Shown here in pieces: positions 27,644 to 41,885 of a DNA stretch of 64,000 nucleotides. The stretch's first letter is position 1. Each line of letters starts with the position of its first letter. The position numbers and the translations under genes were made by a program. The stretch spans positions 17,546,001-17,610,000 of the forward strand of contig OZ024747.1 of assembly GCA_964016885.1 (NCBI GenBank), in the 5' to 3' direction. The notes beneath the pieces were generated by a model. The model made no database searches, was not told the DNA's origin, and saw only the letters and a list, made by a program, of their open reading frames with translations. This DNA comes from Eledone cirrhosa. Lineage: Eukaryota.

Positions 27644-27947
27644 TTGTGGCTGCAAACTCTGCTAAAAGTATTGCAATCGCTTGTCAGATTATAGATTTTG
27701 GTGAACGTTTTGGCTACGGCCAGCCACATGGACATATCCTGAACAAGCAATGCCTGTGCTTTGAAGGTGTTTTAAGTGGTGAAAGGCCTTGCATTCGACC
27801 AATCCCACTCTCTTGGCATCGAAAACACTACCCGAAAAGGAGAACTGGTCAACATCATCGAATGTTTCCGAAGCCGCAGGTTTTTAGAGTTTCCCTCTCT
27901 TAGAAAGGTGTTGTGACTCAGCAGAATCAACGGCGATACAAATAGTG
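27644..27947 (-). mobile_element. RTE-like 3' fragment, second subfamily
   Basis: Homologous to 4789-4984; ends gcagccacaa plus (TATG)n on the minus strand. Confidence 0.7.
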
Positions 27948-28035
27948 TACATACATACATACATACATACATACATACATACATACATACATACATACAT
28001 ACATACATACATACATACATACATACATACATACA

Positions 28036-28447
28036 TGGTGGTCGCTGCCAACTCGTTTTCGAGTACGGCCACTACTTTATATCCATGTAGGAGAACTCCT
28101 ACCGATGCGCTGAACGAGTGTGACTTTTTAGTCCAGCCAGCGACTTGAAAACTCTGGTACAAACACTACACTTGTGACAATTATTGACACAGTGCTGGGC
28201 CCACGGTACCATGTGACGACAAGTGCAGAGATCTCCAGATATAAAGTAATTCCTGTGCCGTGAAGCTTTTATAGTGAGCAAAGGCACTGCACAAAGCCAG
28301 TCCCACTCTCTTAACCAAGATGATATTTACCAAAAAGAAGAACAAGTCAACATCATTGGATACCATCATAGTTGCAGGTGTTATATCAGAGTTTTCCTTC
28401 TCCTAGAATTCTGCCTTGACAAAGGCTAAGGGGTCATCTCTCCCGGG
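28036..28447 (-). mobile_element. RTE-like 3' fragment with C2H2 finger
   Basis: HKCSVCTRVFKSLAGLKSHTRSAHR*; flanked by (CATA)n on both sides. Confidence 0.8.
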
Positions 28448-28535
28448 CATACATACATACATACATACATACATACATACATACATACATACATACATAC
28501 ATACATACATACATGCACACATGCACACTCATACA

Positions 28536-28656
<121 letters not shown>

Positions 28657-29181
28657 GCGAGCGTATATCAAGACAACTGATCAATGTTGATGGACGATGG
28701 ACACCTCAATTCATAAAAAAAGATAAGAAAACCGCATCATGATTTGTCTTTTCTTACTAAAGACAAGATTTATTTTATCACATGGATGTATTGGACTAAA
28801 TTAAGTCCAGTATATTGCTGATAAACAATTTTCTTGACTACTGAAGTGGAAATAACACATACCACTGTTACACAGGTGGTTTGTTGACGGAACATAGATA
28901 ATCTTAAGTAAAAACTACAATCATCCATTTGATACGGATTTCCAAAATGTCTACCAAATTGTTGTAGCCACCCACTTGAATATAATTTATAATTCTTTTG
29001 TTACATAGTGTATAAACAGTTCAAATGCTTGTGTTTCTGAGCAGAAATAAATACTTGATAGAATTTATTTTTTGGTTATTGTTTTACCGTTGTTGCGTTC
29101 ACATCTATGTAACATTCATTTTATATGTGTTTGAATTGTATTTATATATTTATACAAACATACAAACATGTGTGTGTGTGT

Positions 29182-29424
29182 CTGATGGTAGCTAAGATGC
29201 TTCCATAGGTGGTATGCCGGTTGAGCACTCTAAGCTCTTATAGAGCAGAGTATGATAGAATAGAAAACGAAAAATCAGTGATGCATCTGAACTCAATTTA
29301 TTGTGTGTTACAATTGTTTCGCCGGCTAACAGCTCGAGACGCGATCATCGTGTGGATCTGTTTGATACTGGACCCGCACGTTCGACGGACACGTCTAATG
29401 ATTTCGGAGCATATTCTCTCACTC

Positions 29425-29425
<1 letters not shown>
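29182..29425 (-). mobile_element. Probable Penelope-like pLTR fragment with hammerhead 3' half
   Basis: Minus strand GAAAC-aatt-GTA-acacac-AATAAA (29297-29320); flanked by (GT)n and (TA)n; 5' core is degenerate (acgatga). Confidence 0.5.
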
Positions 29426-29463
<38 letters not shown>

Positions 29464-29879
29464 AAGACACAGAAATGTATATACTGTATATATAAATACA
29501 TTCGTATGTTTCTTCGTGCGGATTGTGGCTTATGTATACGAAATGATTTGAGGCTTCAGCAAATAGAGTGGTGCATCCTTTATTAGGTGACTAGTTTACC
29601 GAATTAATCCTGTTCCGATTCTGAGAGAATCTGCTCAATTGAGTAATCATTTAATCAAACGAACTATACAGCCTTGTTCTTGTTAAAAACCACAGACCCT
29701 TCATCACAATTCTACTTTTGAAAAGCAGAACAGCTGCGAAACCGGTAAAGGAACCAAATGAATATATATATTTTTTTTTAAAAAGACTCCAGTTCCATTT
29801 TCGATTTCATCTTTTTTCCTTATACTTTCACTCGTGTAAGACACCTCGGTTCTTTTTCAGTTTGTAAAAAAAAACTCAC

Positions 29880-30061
<182 letters not shown>

Positions 30062-30389
30062 GATCGAAGACACTTTTCCAACATATATATAAACTTTATT
30101 GGCACATTACAATCGTTTCAATATTGATGAGCTCAAGATACAATCACTATGATCGGAGCCCGACACTTTATCGACATCTCACCAGATATGCGAGTTTTTA
30201 TGTGCAAAAACACTGCTGCAACAGTGACTTCGATCCTAGTTACTTTTATTTACACTCTGCACACTACAGCCAACTTAACTCTGGAATACAACCTAACACG
30301 AGAAGAATCTCGTACCAGAATCGAATGCTTCGACTGTGCACCACCTGTCACCATAGTTACACACTTAACTAACACATACACACACACAT

Positions 30390-30466
<77 letters not shown>

Positions 30467-30975
30467 TATGTGTGTATTCTATATAATATATATGTGTGCA
30501 TGAGTGTATGCATGTGTGCATGTGTTTGAATGAGTGAGTCTGCCTCAGCGTGCGTGTTGGATTGGATTGAAATGGGACAAATTGAGTTATGTAAACGAAA
30601 AATACTCCAGCTAAAGAATAAACTTAATTCTGCATTCATATTTTGCAGACCACGGAAATATCTCTCCATTATACAGACAATGAAAGAGTTACACTTTGCA
30701 AATGGTAAATAGATAGATTTAATTACAGGCATTTTACGGTTCTATCCGTTTATTTCATAAAGCATTAATATTGCAAAAATAAAAATACAAGATTACTTGA
30801 ACGAAATAAACCTACCGTGTAACTGCATTCGTCTATATATCTGATTGGTTATTTGCATGTACACTTTTCTCCTTCTCTCTCATTCGCCCTCTCTTTCTCT
30901 CTCAATATGTGCGCATGCATATAGGTATACATTCATATATATATATATTCATATATATATATATACAGTATATAT

Positions 30976-31363
30976 GGAAAGTTATATTTAAAATTGTTGG
31001 GTTACAACTAGTAAATATTTATAACTGATATAAAAGCACTCGACAAATATTTGGAGTATATTTACAATATTAAATAAATGGAAACTATATTTATAAAACC
31101 ATATTTATTTCATTATATATATTTCGGGGATATCATATTAACAATATGCTATGCCTTCCTCAGACAAAATACAATATAGCTTAAACCTCTTCAAATGGAA
31201 GTCGGTGTTATAACGGTATGTCGAATCTATTTATCTATAAAACTGTTTATATTGTATTTTGTCTGAGGAAGGCATAGCATATTATTAATATGATATCCCC
31301 GAAATATATATAATGAAATAAATATGGTTTTATAAATATAGTTTCCATTTATTTAATATTGTA
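30976..31363 (-). mobile_element. Fold-back element with degenerate hammerhead in TA-rich repeat
   Basis: 116-bp inverted arms 31063-31178/31248-31363; CTGAGGA (31263)...GAAA-tatata-TA (31301); unique tail 30976-31062. Confidence 0.75.
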
Positions 31364-31486
31364 TATACAGTATATATATATTTATATATATATGTTTATA
31401 TATATATATATGTGTGTGTGTCTGTGTATGTATGTATGTATGTATGTATATATTTATATATGTATATGTATATGTGTATGTATATG

Positions 31487-31558
<72 letters not shown>

Positions 31559-31885
31559 GGTTAGGCATTTATATTGTTTCGTTTTTATTTTACCCCGTTT
31601 GATCTAAATTCGATTTTTTTCGCTCATTCATAACTTAATACTTGGTTGCATTTGTTTCGTACGAATCTTAATCTATTCTGAATATTAAGTTCGTATTGCT
31701 ATTGGATTTTATTTTGAAATATCTTTCCTTTTTTTTTTTTTCAAACTTTCTGTTGTTGTTCAGTAAGGCGTTATTTTATTTTATTTTTTTTTTCCTTGGC
31801 CATTTAGCATAGTTTCGTAACATAGTGAAACATATATTGTCATTCATAATTGAGAATAACTGTGTTTGAATGTAGTGTGCGATGA

Positions 31886-31916
<31 letters not shown>

Positions 31917-32033
31917 ACTGTTTCTACTTTAGGCACAAGGCCAGCAATTCACCAGTACATTACTGGTACTTTATTTTATCGACCCCGTAAGGATGAAAGG
32001 CAACGTTAACCTCGGCGGGATTTGAACTCAGAC
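31917..32033 (-). mobile_element. Family-1 SINE fragment in (TA)n
   Basis: Conserved body and tail in reverse. Confidence 0.85.
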
Positions 32034-32079
32034 TATATATATATATATAACTTCAGCTACACAGTCTCATTTGCACTCA

Positions 32080-32175
<96 letters not shown>

Positions 32176-32176
32176 A

Positions 32177-32279
<103 letters not shown>

Positions 32280-32354
32280 TAAATGTATATATATACATGT
32301 ATGTATATGTGCAGGTATATATATATATATATATATGTGCGCACAAGTTTATAA

Positions 32355-32441
<87 letters not shown>

Positions 32442-32442
<1 letters not shown>

Positions 32443-33815
32443 ATATGAAATATAAGAATCAAAGAACTGTTCAAAACATTATTGTGCTTACAGCTGTTTC
32501 CTCCAAACCGAGGTTTGGATTCTTCGGAGCAATTTATTAATGCATGGACAGTTATATGACCTCCTTTTCAGCCGATGTAGCAAGCGATGACCCAGATCTT
32601 ACCAGAGATCATTGGGTCCTGAAGCAATCCTGCAATCACCGCGCCTGGTCATATGAGCAGACTACAACCACAGAGATCATTATTTTAGAATCCTCGCTCA
32701 TCATCTATAATTTCCATTTGTAGCACCTTAAGATGGGTTAATCCACCTTAATAATAATATGATCACCTTCAGCATAATTTAGTTAAACTACTCTATAGTT
32801 AGTACACTTTATGCTTTAAAAGTCTCCCTTGGAAGGTGCACCTCACCATAGAATTTAGGGTCTATATTGGGACACATTTTAATGGCTAGATATAGAAACC
32901 CCAGAGTTACCTCCCCGCATGCATTAACTCCCCTTAGCCACACACACACTTCCGGTATTCAATGGCGTTTCTCGAAACGTAACAACCTCCTGTATCGAAC
33001 TAAAGAACACCAGACTACGATCTCTAACTGGATTGTCGTGGATTATGTGAAAGGCATATAATCGAAATATACACTCCCTTGACCTTGAAAATGCCGAAGT
33101 ACATGAATTACTTGACATCCCTGCGCTGTGCATCTCCAATACTTATAACACTTTTAATGCTTGCACTATCTTTAATGCTTATAATATTTCTCCACACACA
33201 GACTATATCAATCATATAAAGACTTTGCCACCAGATCTACCAACCTAACACTCTGATTTACCTACCTAAGTGCCTCTACCACACATATCTCTCTGCCACA
33301 CTATATAAACAAGACGCACATGCGTGCCACACATATAACATTTGCACTATATAACCACTTATCTTCATGTTGTACTTTAACCTATATCTTTGATTTTTGA
33401 TTGTACCTATTAATATAAATGTAATCTCGAAGTGTGTACTGCCACTCTAAATTCTGTAATGAATGTTGACCCACAATGTTTGAATATGTATCAATGTTTG
33501 AATATGTATTGGTATGTCTCTCGGCTGAAAAGGAGGTCATATAACTGTCCATGCATTAATAAATTGCTCCGAAGAATCCAAACCTCGGTTTGGAGGAAAC
33601 AGCTGTAAGCACAATAATGTTTTGAACAGTTCTTTGATTCTTATATTTCATATAACTGCTCTGTAAATCATCTGATGTTTTTACATTGAGCTACTTAACT
33701 TACTGGTAATAAGGTAGTAATACATTACTGCCTACCACTATTTAGGGTGTGTGTAAAATACTTACAACTGCTTAAGGTTTTGTGTTTACATAACCATAAA
33801 TAGTATAACTAATAC
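32442..33815 (+). mobile_element. 5'-truncated Penelope-like element with inverted pLTR, GIY-YIG relic, hammerhead and 3' tail
   Basis: Apparently identical 134-bp inverted repeats 32442-32575/33521-33654; frameshifted YIG...LMARYRN...WIVVDYVK-AYNRNIHSLDLENAEVHELL at about 32863-33115; (TA)n on both sides. Confidence 0.75.
33565..33611 (+). ncRNA. Variant minimal hammerhead ribozyme (core CCGAAGA)
   Basis: tgct CCGAAGA a-tccaaacc-tc-ggtttgga-g GAAAC agct GTA agca; mirrored on the minus strand near 32485-32531. Confidence 0.65.
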
Positions 33816-33827
33816 TATATATATATA

Positions 33828-33880
<53 letters not shown>

Positions 33881-34382
33881 TATTTCTATGCATGCATGTA
33901 TATACACATGTGCGTGCGTGCTTGGGTGCGTCTATGTAAATTTATGTATCCATTCATACATAGATTATATTGTAACACGGATATTCGCCATATATCAATG
34001 AAAAGATAGTTTACTCTATATAATACTATGTCTTATATCTTGGCTACATATTGTGTTGGCAACATATATAAATGAATCAGCGTGTTATCAAATGTGCAGT
34101 TGACAGTGTTATGAATTGAAATTCAGAAACTATGTCATGAAATGTCTGTAGCCCAGTGCACTCTAATGTTCACCCGTTTCTCACACTGCCTCCTTCTTCT
34201 CTCACTCCTTATTTAATACACCTATACACACACCAGTCAAAACCAAAAAAATTAAAACTACAACTTCTGTTAGCCAACTAACAGAGAAAGAAGGACAACC
34301 ACGGACAGAAATGAACTCTCCTCTCAAAATATGTATGTAAAAATTAATAATTTTTCCTCCCCATTTTATTATTATTATTTGA

Positions 34383-34557
34383 TCGGTAGAGGGTCGGACG
34401 CCATGCTTTGACGCATAGAGTTACGGCCCTTGCCATTCTGAGTTCAAATCCCGCCGAGGTTAACTTTGCCTTTCATCCTTACGGGGTCGATAAAATAAAA
34501 GTACCAGTAATGCACTGGGTAATTGCTGGCCTTGTGCCTGAAGTAGAAACAATTATT
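34383..34557 (+). mobile_element. Family-1 SINE (short variant)
   Basis: Near-identical to 21259-21450. Confidence 0.9.
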
Positions 34558-34780
34558 TGTATAAATATGGAACTTAAACCATATTATGCATATCCGCAGT
34601 TGACAATGCATATAATGCTGAAACCGGTACCATTATTAAATGCGGAAATATCCTCTTTATAAATAAATAAATGTCTTGATATTACACTGAAAGAATCGCT
34701 TCACCATTTTCTACTGAAAAAATATTTTTTCCTTTCTACTATTTGTTTTTATACGTATATATATATATATATATATATAT

Positions 34781-34960
34781 ATAGGAACGAGTAGGACCCC
34801 GACGGCTGAGCTCAAGCCGTTTCGACGGCTAATTCTCGTCGAAACGGCTTGAGCTCAGCCGTCAGGGTCCTACTCGTTCCTATTACTCACTCTACTACCC
34901 TAAGTATTGATTACTTTCGTGCGTTATGGTCCATCTGATTCCTTACCACATTTCCTTCGT
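34781..34960 (+). mobile_element. Fold-back mini-element, family A copy 2, in (TA)n
   Basis: Palindrome 34781-34883, GAAAC at 34841, GTC at 34861; 77-nt tail homologous to 2608-2685 reversed. Confidence 0.75.
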
Positions 34961-35049
34961 TATATATATATATATATATATATATAATATCAGTTTCTCA
35001 TATTGATTAACGTGAGAACAAGTGATTTCCCTCTGCGTTACAAGTTCCA

Positions 35050-35435
35050 GTGGTTCACAATGACTTGACTGTCTGTGTTCAAAATCGCCGTTGAAGCTCG
35101 AATCGGGCCGTGCAGCTTTTCGGTACAGGCATAGAAATGTCTAAGGTGCCTGGCTTATGCATAATCTTGATGTTGTTCCGAATCTCTCCTATGCGAGTTT
35201 AGCATATCCACATGCGGTCTTGAAAACGTTTTTTCCCTTCATGCTTGATGTTGGGTTTTGTTAAAGGAACAGAGGAGCATCTCTTACAGCATTGATCATT
35301 TTAAACTTTTTTCGTTGTCTTCGTCGAACAAATCGTTGTTGCTCGCTTACGTAAAAGAAATGTGTGTTGTCTACTGCTTTTTGAATGGTGATTCAGATTG
35401 TTGGCCAGGCTTCATTGGTGATGGTGGGGTTGTCA
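35050..35435 (-). mobile_element. Decayed internal fragment of an RTE (BovB-like) ORF
   Basis: Minus-strand frames give DLFDEDNEK and QDYA*ARHLRHFYACTEKLHGPIRASTA...VIVNHW, resembling the RTE endonuclease-RT linker. Confidence 0.55.
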
Positions 35436-35474
35436 TTAAAGAAGAATGAATTTAAGTTGTTGAGTTTTTACCTT

Positions 35475-35546
<72 letters not shown>

Positions 35547-35587
35547 TATAGATATAGATAGATATATAGAGATATAGATATAGATAT

Positions 35588-35847
35588 ATTGTGTATTAGT
35601 ATTGGTGCTCTGAAATAGCGTGATACACATGAATGTATGTAAGTATAGTATATTTGGCAATATACTGTATGTATAATTAAAAACATTTTGAAGACCATTC
35701 CCTATGAATTTTAAAGTAGTGACTATGTCACTTACTTATTCTCGGCAAATGACATAGTCACTACTTTAAAATTTATAGCGATTGGTCTTCAAAATGTTTT
35801 TAATTAAACATACAGTATATTACCAAATATACTATACATACATTCAT
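35588..35847 (-). mobile_element. Fold-back insert with ~100-bp arms and short unique tail
   Basis: Arms 35629-35730/35750-35847, several mismatches; microsatellite flanks; no hammerhead core seen. Confidence 0.6.
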
Positions 35848-35854
35848 ATATATA

Positions 35855-35969
<115 letters not shown>

Positions 35970-36126
35970 GGTGTGGGGTAACCGAACAGAGATGTGCGGA
36001 CCACATTATGGTCTGTTGGTTGTGAAGCAGATAAAAAGAAGCGCTCAACGATATGTATAAACGGTGCAAGCCGGAGCATTATATAAGAAGTAAAAAACAA
36101 GATTAACAATTTAAATTCATGTTTTA

Positions 36127-36248
<122 letters not shown>

Positions 36249-36780
36249 TTGAGAACTGTTGAGAACTTAATTCGTTTTGTGATATTTTGCAATTTTGCAA
36301 TAATAACACACATACTGAATTCATCCGCCAAAACTAAGAGTTGCCCCCCTTGTCGGACCCCACGTGGGTTTTGATAACGGTCAGTCCTTCACTTGACACT
36401 TGAACTAAAAGCCTGTTGAGAAAGTAACTTCCTTGTTCAATCATCTTACTAAAAGCTTAACATTATTTGTCTGAGCAGACAGTATTTGATTTAGGAGTTG
36501 CAGAAACCCAAATGCTGGATATTTTAGAAACCTTCCTGGGGTCCGGGTATAATTTTTCAATCACTTTTTATTTGTTTGACCCGAATTACTTGGTCGTTTC
36601 TATGGCTGTGCGGATAATGGTTTAACCATCGTCTCAGTGTGTTTGGCCTTTTAACTTATGTTGTAGCTCTGGTTCATTAGCTTCTATGGGGCGCTTGCCA
36701 CACATCTCGGAAGTTGTTTTTCGCTAATCTCGGAAGTTGTTTTTCGCTAATTTTCAATAGCCGAAATACGATTCTCACTA

Positions 36781-36863
<83 letters not shown>

Positions 36864-38180
36864 GAGCGATAGAGAGAGAGGGGGGGGGGAGAGATAGAGA
36901 GAAAGAAAGAGAGAAAGAGAGAAAGAGAGAGAAAAAACTGTGCGGTGAATAGAAAGATGGAGAAAAAGCGACTCCTGAGAAATGTATATGCAGAAAATTC
37001 GATCAGTGTTTTTGACAACACTGACTCTTTTCCGAGATACTTGGACATTTTGGCACATATAGTTTTACCTTGCAAATAAATATTCAAATCATTTGGCTTT
37101 GACGTAATATCACAGAAGAATGTCGCATTTCTGCAGAAATATCCTACTAATTCACCATACTGATATGTTCTTCGGTAAATCGATATTTTTCCTTACGTGG
37201 ATAAAACGTTGACTAATATTTCTCCTGGTGACAGCCAGAACCCTTTAAAATGATGCGGTCGATCTACGCAGTATGTTTCATTATAGAGCGTAGAATGTTG
37301 CAGAATTGACGATGCCGTGTTGCATGTGCTAAAATATATTTAACAATGTCAATATTTTAACTCAATGTGTCACTTCAAATGGTTGATTTAGAACATAGAG
37401 ATTTTGCCTTGATACGAAATATAATGAATGGGAATAAATCTATCTAGATCTAACACTTCTAAGATTTCAAGAAATCATTCTCGTTTGCCATTTGTGAAAC
37501 GTGCATTGTTTCTGCACAACACACATTAGGTAAATTATCAACAATTTGTTCTGCTTCAAGACGTTTATCATTCAAGTTGTCAAAGGTATCGATTCTATAT
37601 GCCCTACATGAAAGTGTACTCAGAGCATGGAATTCTTAAACATAGAAGATCTCAGTTATAGCAACAACAACAAAACTGTTATATACTTGAATGATCGTGT
37701 AAAATTATGTTACGTCTTGATTAAATCAATATGTTTAACACTGAATTTTATTCTTGGAGGAAGCATTTTTTTTACTACTTAATCGTTTCTTGATCTAAAC
37801 ATTCTATAACTTCAACAATGTATTATCAGTATTATTGACTTCTACATCATTAGACTGTATACACATTATTTCTAATAATGTGTATGGATGCACCCATAAC
37901 ACCTAATAGAGTCGTAGTTGTGCAGTATTGAAATTTGGGCATTTTAAACCTCCTGGTATGAACACAGCCGATTTCTTGCTGAAAAAAGAGAGAAAATTAT
38001 AAAGAGGAAGTGAGAGAGTGGGAAAGAGGATCAATCGACACTAGTAGTTCACTAGTACATTTTTATAGATCCCGAAAGGTTAAAAGGCTAAGTTGACTCT
38101 GACAGGATTTGAACTCGATTGTAACTGACATTACATAACTTGTTAATGTCAGTGAAAACCATCTTCATATATATATAAAG

Positions 38181-38393
38181 GATCGATCGAATTTCGTCAA
38201 ATCGGACCGAGGAAGTGTTTCCATCGGTCTTTCCAATTGCTAATACTTTCTATCAGTCGCAACTCCAGGGAGAAGGAGCATCGTGAAATAAAGTGCCTTG
38301 CCCAAGGACATAACGCATCACCCGGTCCGAGAATCGAACTCACAACCTCACGATTGAGAATCCAATTCTCTAACCACTCAGCCACGCGCCTTC
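38181..38393 (-). mobile_element. tRNA-derived SINE, family 2
   Basis: A box tggctgagtgg, B box gagttcgattc, gtccttgggcaaggcactttatttcacg; TA flanks. Confidence 0.9.
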
Positions 38394-38395
38394 AC

Positions 38396-39515
<1,120 letters not shown>

Positions 39516-41114
39516 GCTGCCCGATAGTGTCCGATGATGATGAGTTTAATGTGGTATTCACGTAAGCTTTTTCACACAGCCAAATATACTTTCTGTAATT
39601 GTATTCTTATAACTTACTACATATAAATAATATTATTAAGTTGTTGTCTAGGATCTATGCACCTTTCACACTTCGAAATATATTCTATGAAACTCTACTT
39701 ATACATATAATATATTGCATATCGATAATATAATCTATCTTTGTTTCTTTATCGACAGCGACAAAAGCAACCAAGAAGAAACTCTACTTTTTTATATTGT
39801 TCTATTTATGTTTAAATCAACATGTTAGTAGATTGAATAACTTTTCAGTCTGAAGCAATATTAAAGTTTGCTAAATTTTCTTTTCTGTGTCTTAGTCAGA
39901 TGTGGAATTCCATCCCCAATGATACTTTAACAAAGATTCTGATAATGGTCAGATAAAAGATGGAATACTCATTATATCATCGAATGTTTGCAACAGAATG
40001 GTCTCCACCAAAGGCTCTACTCGTGAATCATATTGAGGTATTAACCTAGTCGATGGATTACAGTTACCACAAAAGAATGGAAGTAAGATATTTATTTATA
40101 CTCTCAGTTATGTTCATAAAAAAAGTGATTTAATGGATTATATGTGAAAAGCTTTCTATCACTCAAAGAATGCTAGGAAAATCTTTATAGCCTCAAGCCG
40201 GAGTCTCATTCATAATACCTATAGCATAATAGACTAGACAAAATACAACACTCAATGCCAAGGTGGTAAATTAGAACCAAATGATGGATTAGTTCACCTT
40301 AACATACTGACTCCTATCACAGTTTATTAAGAAATTTTCCAAGCATTATTTAAGGTCAATCTTTGCTTACTGTCTCAAATGTAGCATAATCTCCATTTAT
40401 TTCATTCAGTTTTGCAGATGTTATTGTTTTTGTTGTTGTTGTTATGATTTTAGTACTGCTGTTATTTTCTTTAACCCCAGATCATCTCTTCTCAAACATA
40501 TCATGATTAAAGATGTCTCAACCATGGGCATTCCATCAATTTTAGACATAATTTATCTATACCGTTATTATTCTATTGTTCTTCATATTCTAAGCCGATG
40601 TGATGTGATTTATAAAAGATTTTGTTTTAGCAGATTGGACACCCCTTTTCATGACACGTCTACTGAATATTCCTTGCTATTGTCAACGTATTTAGAGCAC
40701 AGAGCATTAACACGCTAATTAGAAATATTTTTACAAAGAGAAAACACATTATTACTCAAAGAATTATATTGACTTAAGTCTTTTAGAAAATACTGCGTAG
40801 AAGACTGAGGATAATTCAGTCATATTATGACTACGTCAATGAATAATAGCCTTAGTGATGAGAGAATGATTAAGTAAATGTATAAGATTATATATTAGTG
40901 GGCGTATTAACAGAATTGTTTAGAAAATAAATATCTCCGTGACACTACAGACATGAAAAATAAATAAATAGTTTAGTTAGTGTTAACATATTTAATACAT
41001 ATAAAATAAACGTAAATGAGTTACACCCACTTCACTCAAATATTCTTAACCACGAGCACCTGTCTAGAGTCTTTCATAGGGCGGATATTGTTTTGTGTGT
41101 GTGTGTGTGTGTGT

Positions 41115-41253
41115 GACTTCTAGTTTAGGCGCAAGGCCAGCAATTTGTGAGAAAATGAATGTTGATTATATCGACCCACGTGCTTCATTGGTACTTTATT
41201 TTATCAAACCCGGAAGGATGAGAAGCAAAGTTGACCTCGGCGGGAATTTGAAC
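41115..41253 (-). mobile_element. Family-1 SINE fragment (long variant)
   Basis: gcaaggccagcaattt...ggatgagaagcaaagttgacctcggcggg. Confidence 0.8.
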
Positions 41254-41629
41254 ACTGCTGTGTAGTGGATGCTATACAATACTGATAAGGGAGTCAGCTC
41301 ACAAGGTGCTCTTTATATGTAGTGGATAGTTTTCTCTCGACGTGTCTCGTATTCTGTTTGATCGTCATATATTAATTTGTTTCCTTTTACCTGGCTATGA
41401 AATGAAGACGCCCAGCCTAATGACTAGGTTACTGATGGGTGGTTCTATTCTGAAAAGGTGTGGCGCACTGTATTCTTAATAAAATCACTTCATATTACGT
41501 TCTTTCAGTCCACGCAGCTATAAATGAGTACCAACAACAACTTGAGACTGACTAGTGTCATGTCCAACATGAAGTATTTTTTGTTATCTAATACAACATG
41601 AAACAGGTATAATTAAACATGCTTGTCAA

Positions 41630-41885
41630 GAGTGTGTGTGTGTGACAGCTCACACTTATGCAGGTTTAGCTGGCCTCCTCCAGATATATCTCGTTGGAGG
41701 TGTCTTGGGTGATTTAATGATACGGACCCCAGTCCTATCATCTCATTTCTACAGCTGAGTATACTGGAGCAACGTGAAATAAAGTGTCTTGCTCAAGGAA
41801 ACAACACAACACTCGGCCCGAGAATTGAACTCACAACCTTTCGATTGCAAGCCGAATGCTCTGACCACTAAGCAATGCGTGTTCT
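41630..41885 (-). mobile_element. tRNA-derived SINE, family 2, (CA)n tail
   Basis: Near-identical to 5316-5485 but without that copy's internal deletion. Confidence 0.88.

Noticed and set aside
38320-38393. tRNA-like sequence with A and B boxes
   Set aside because: Continues directly into a SINE body and lacks a proper acceptor stem; it is a SINE head.
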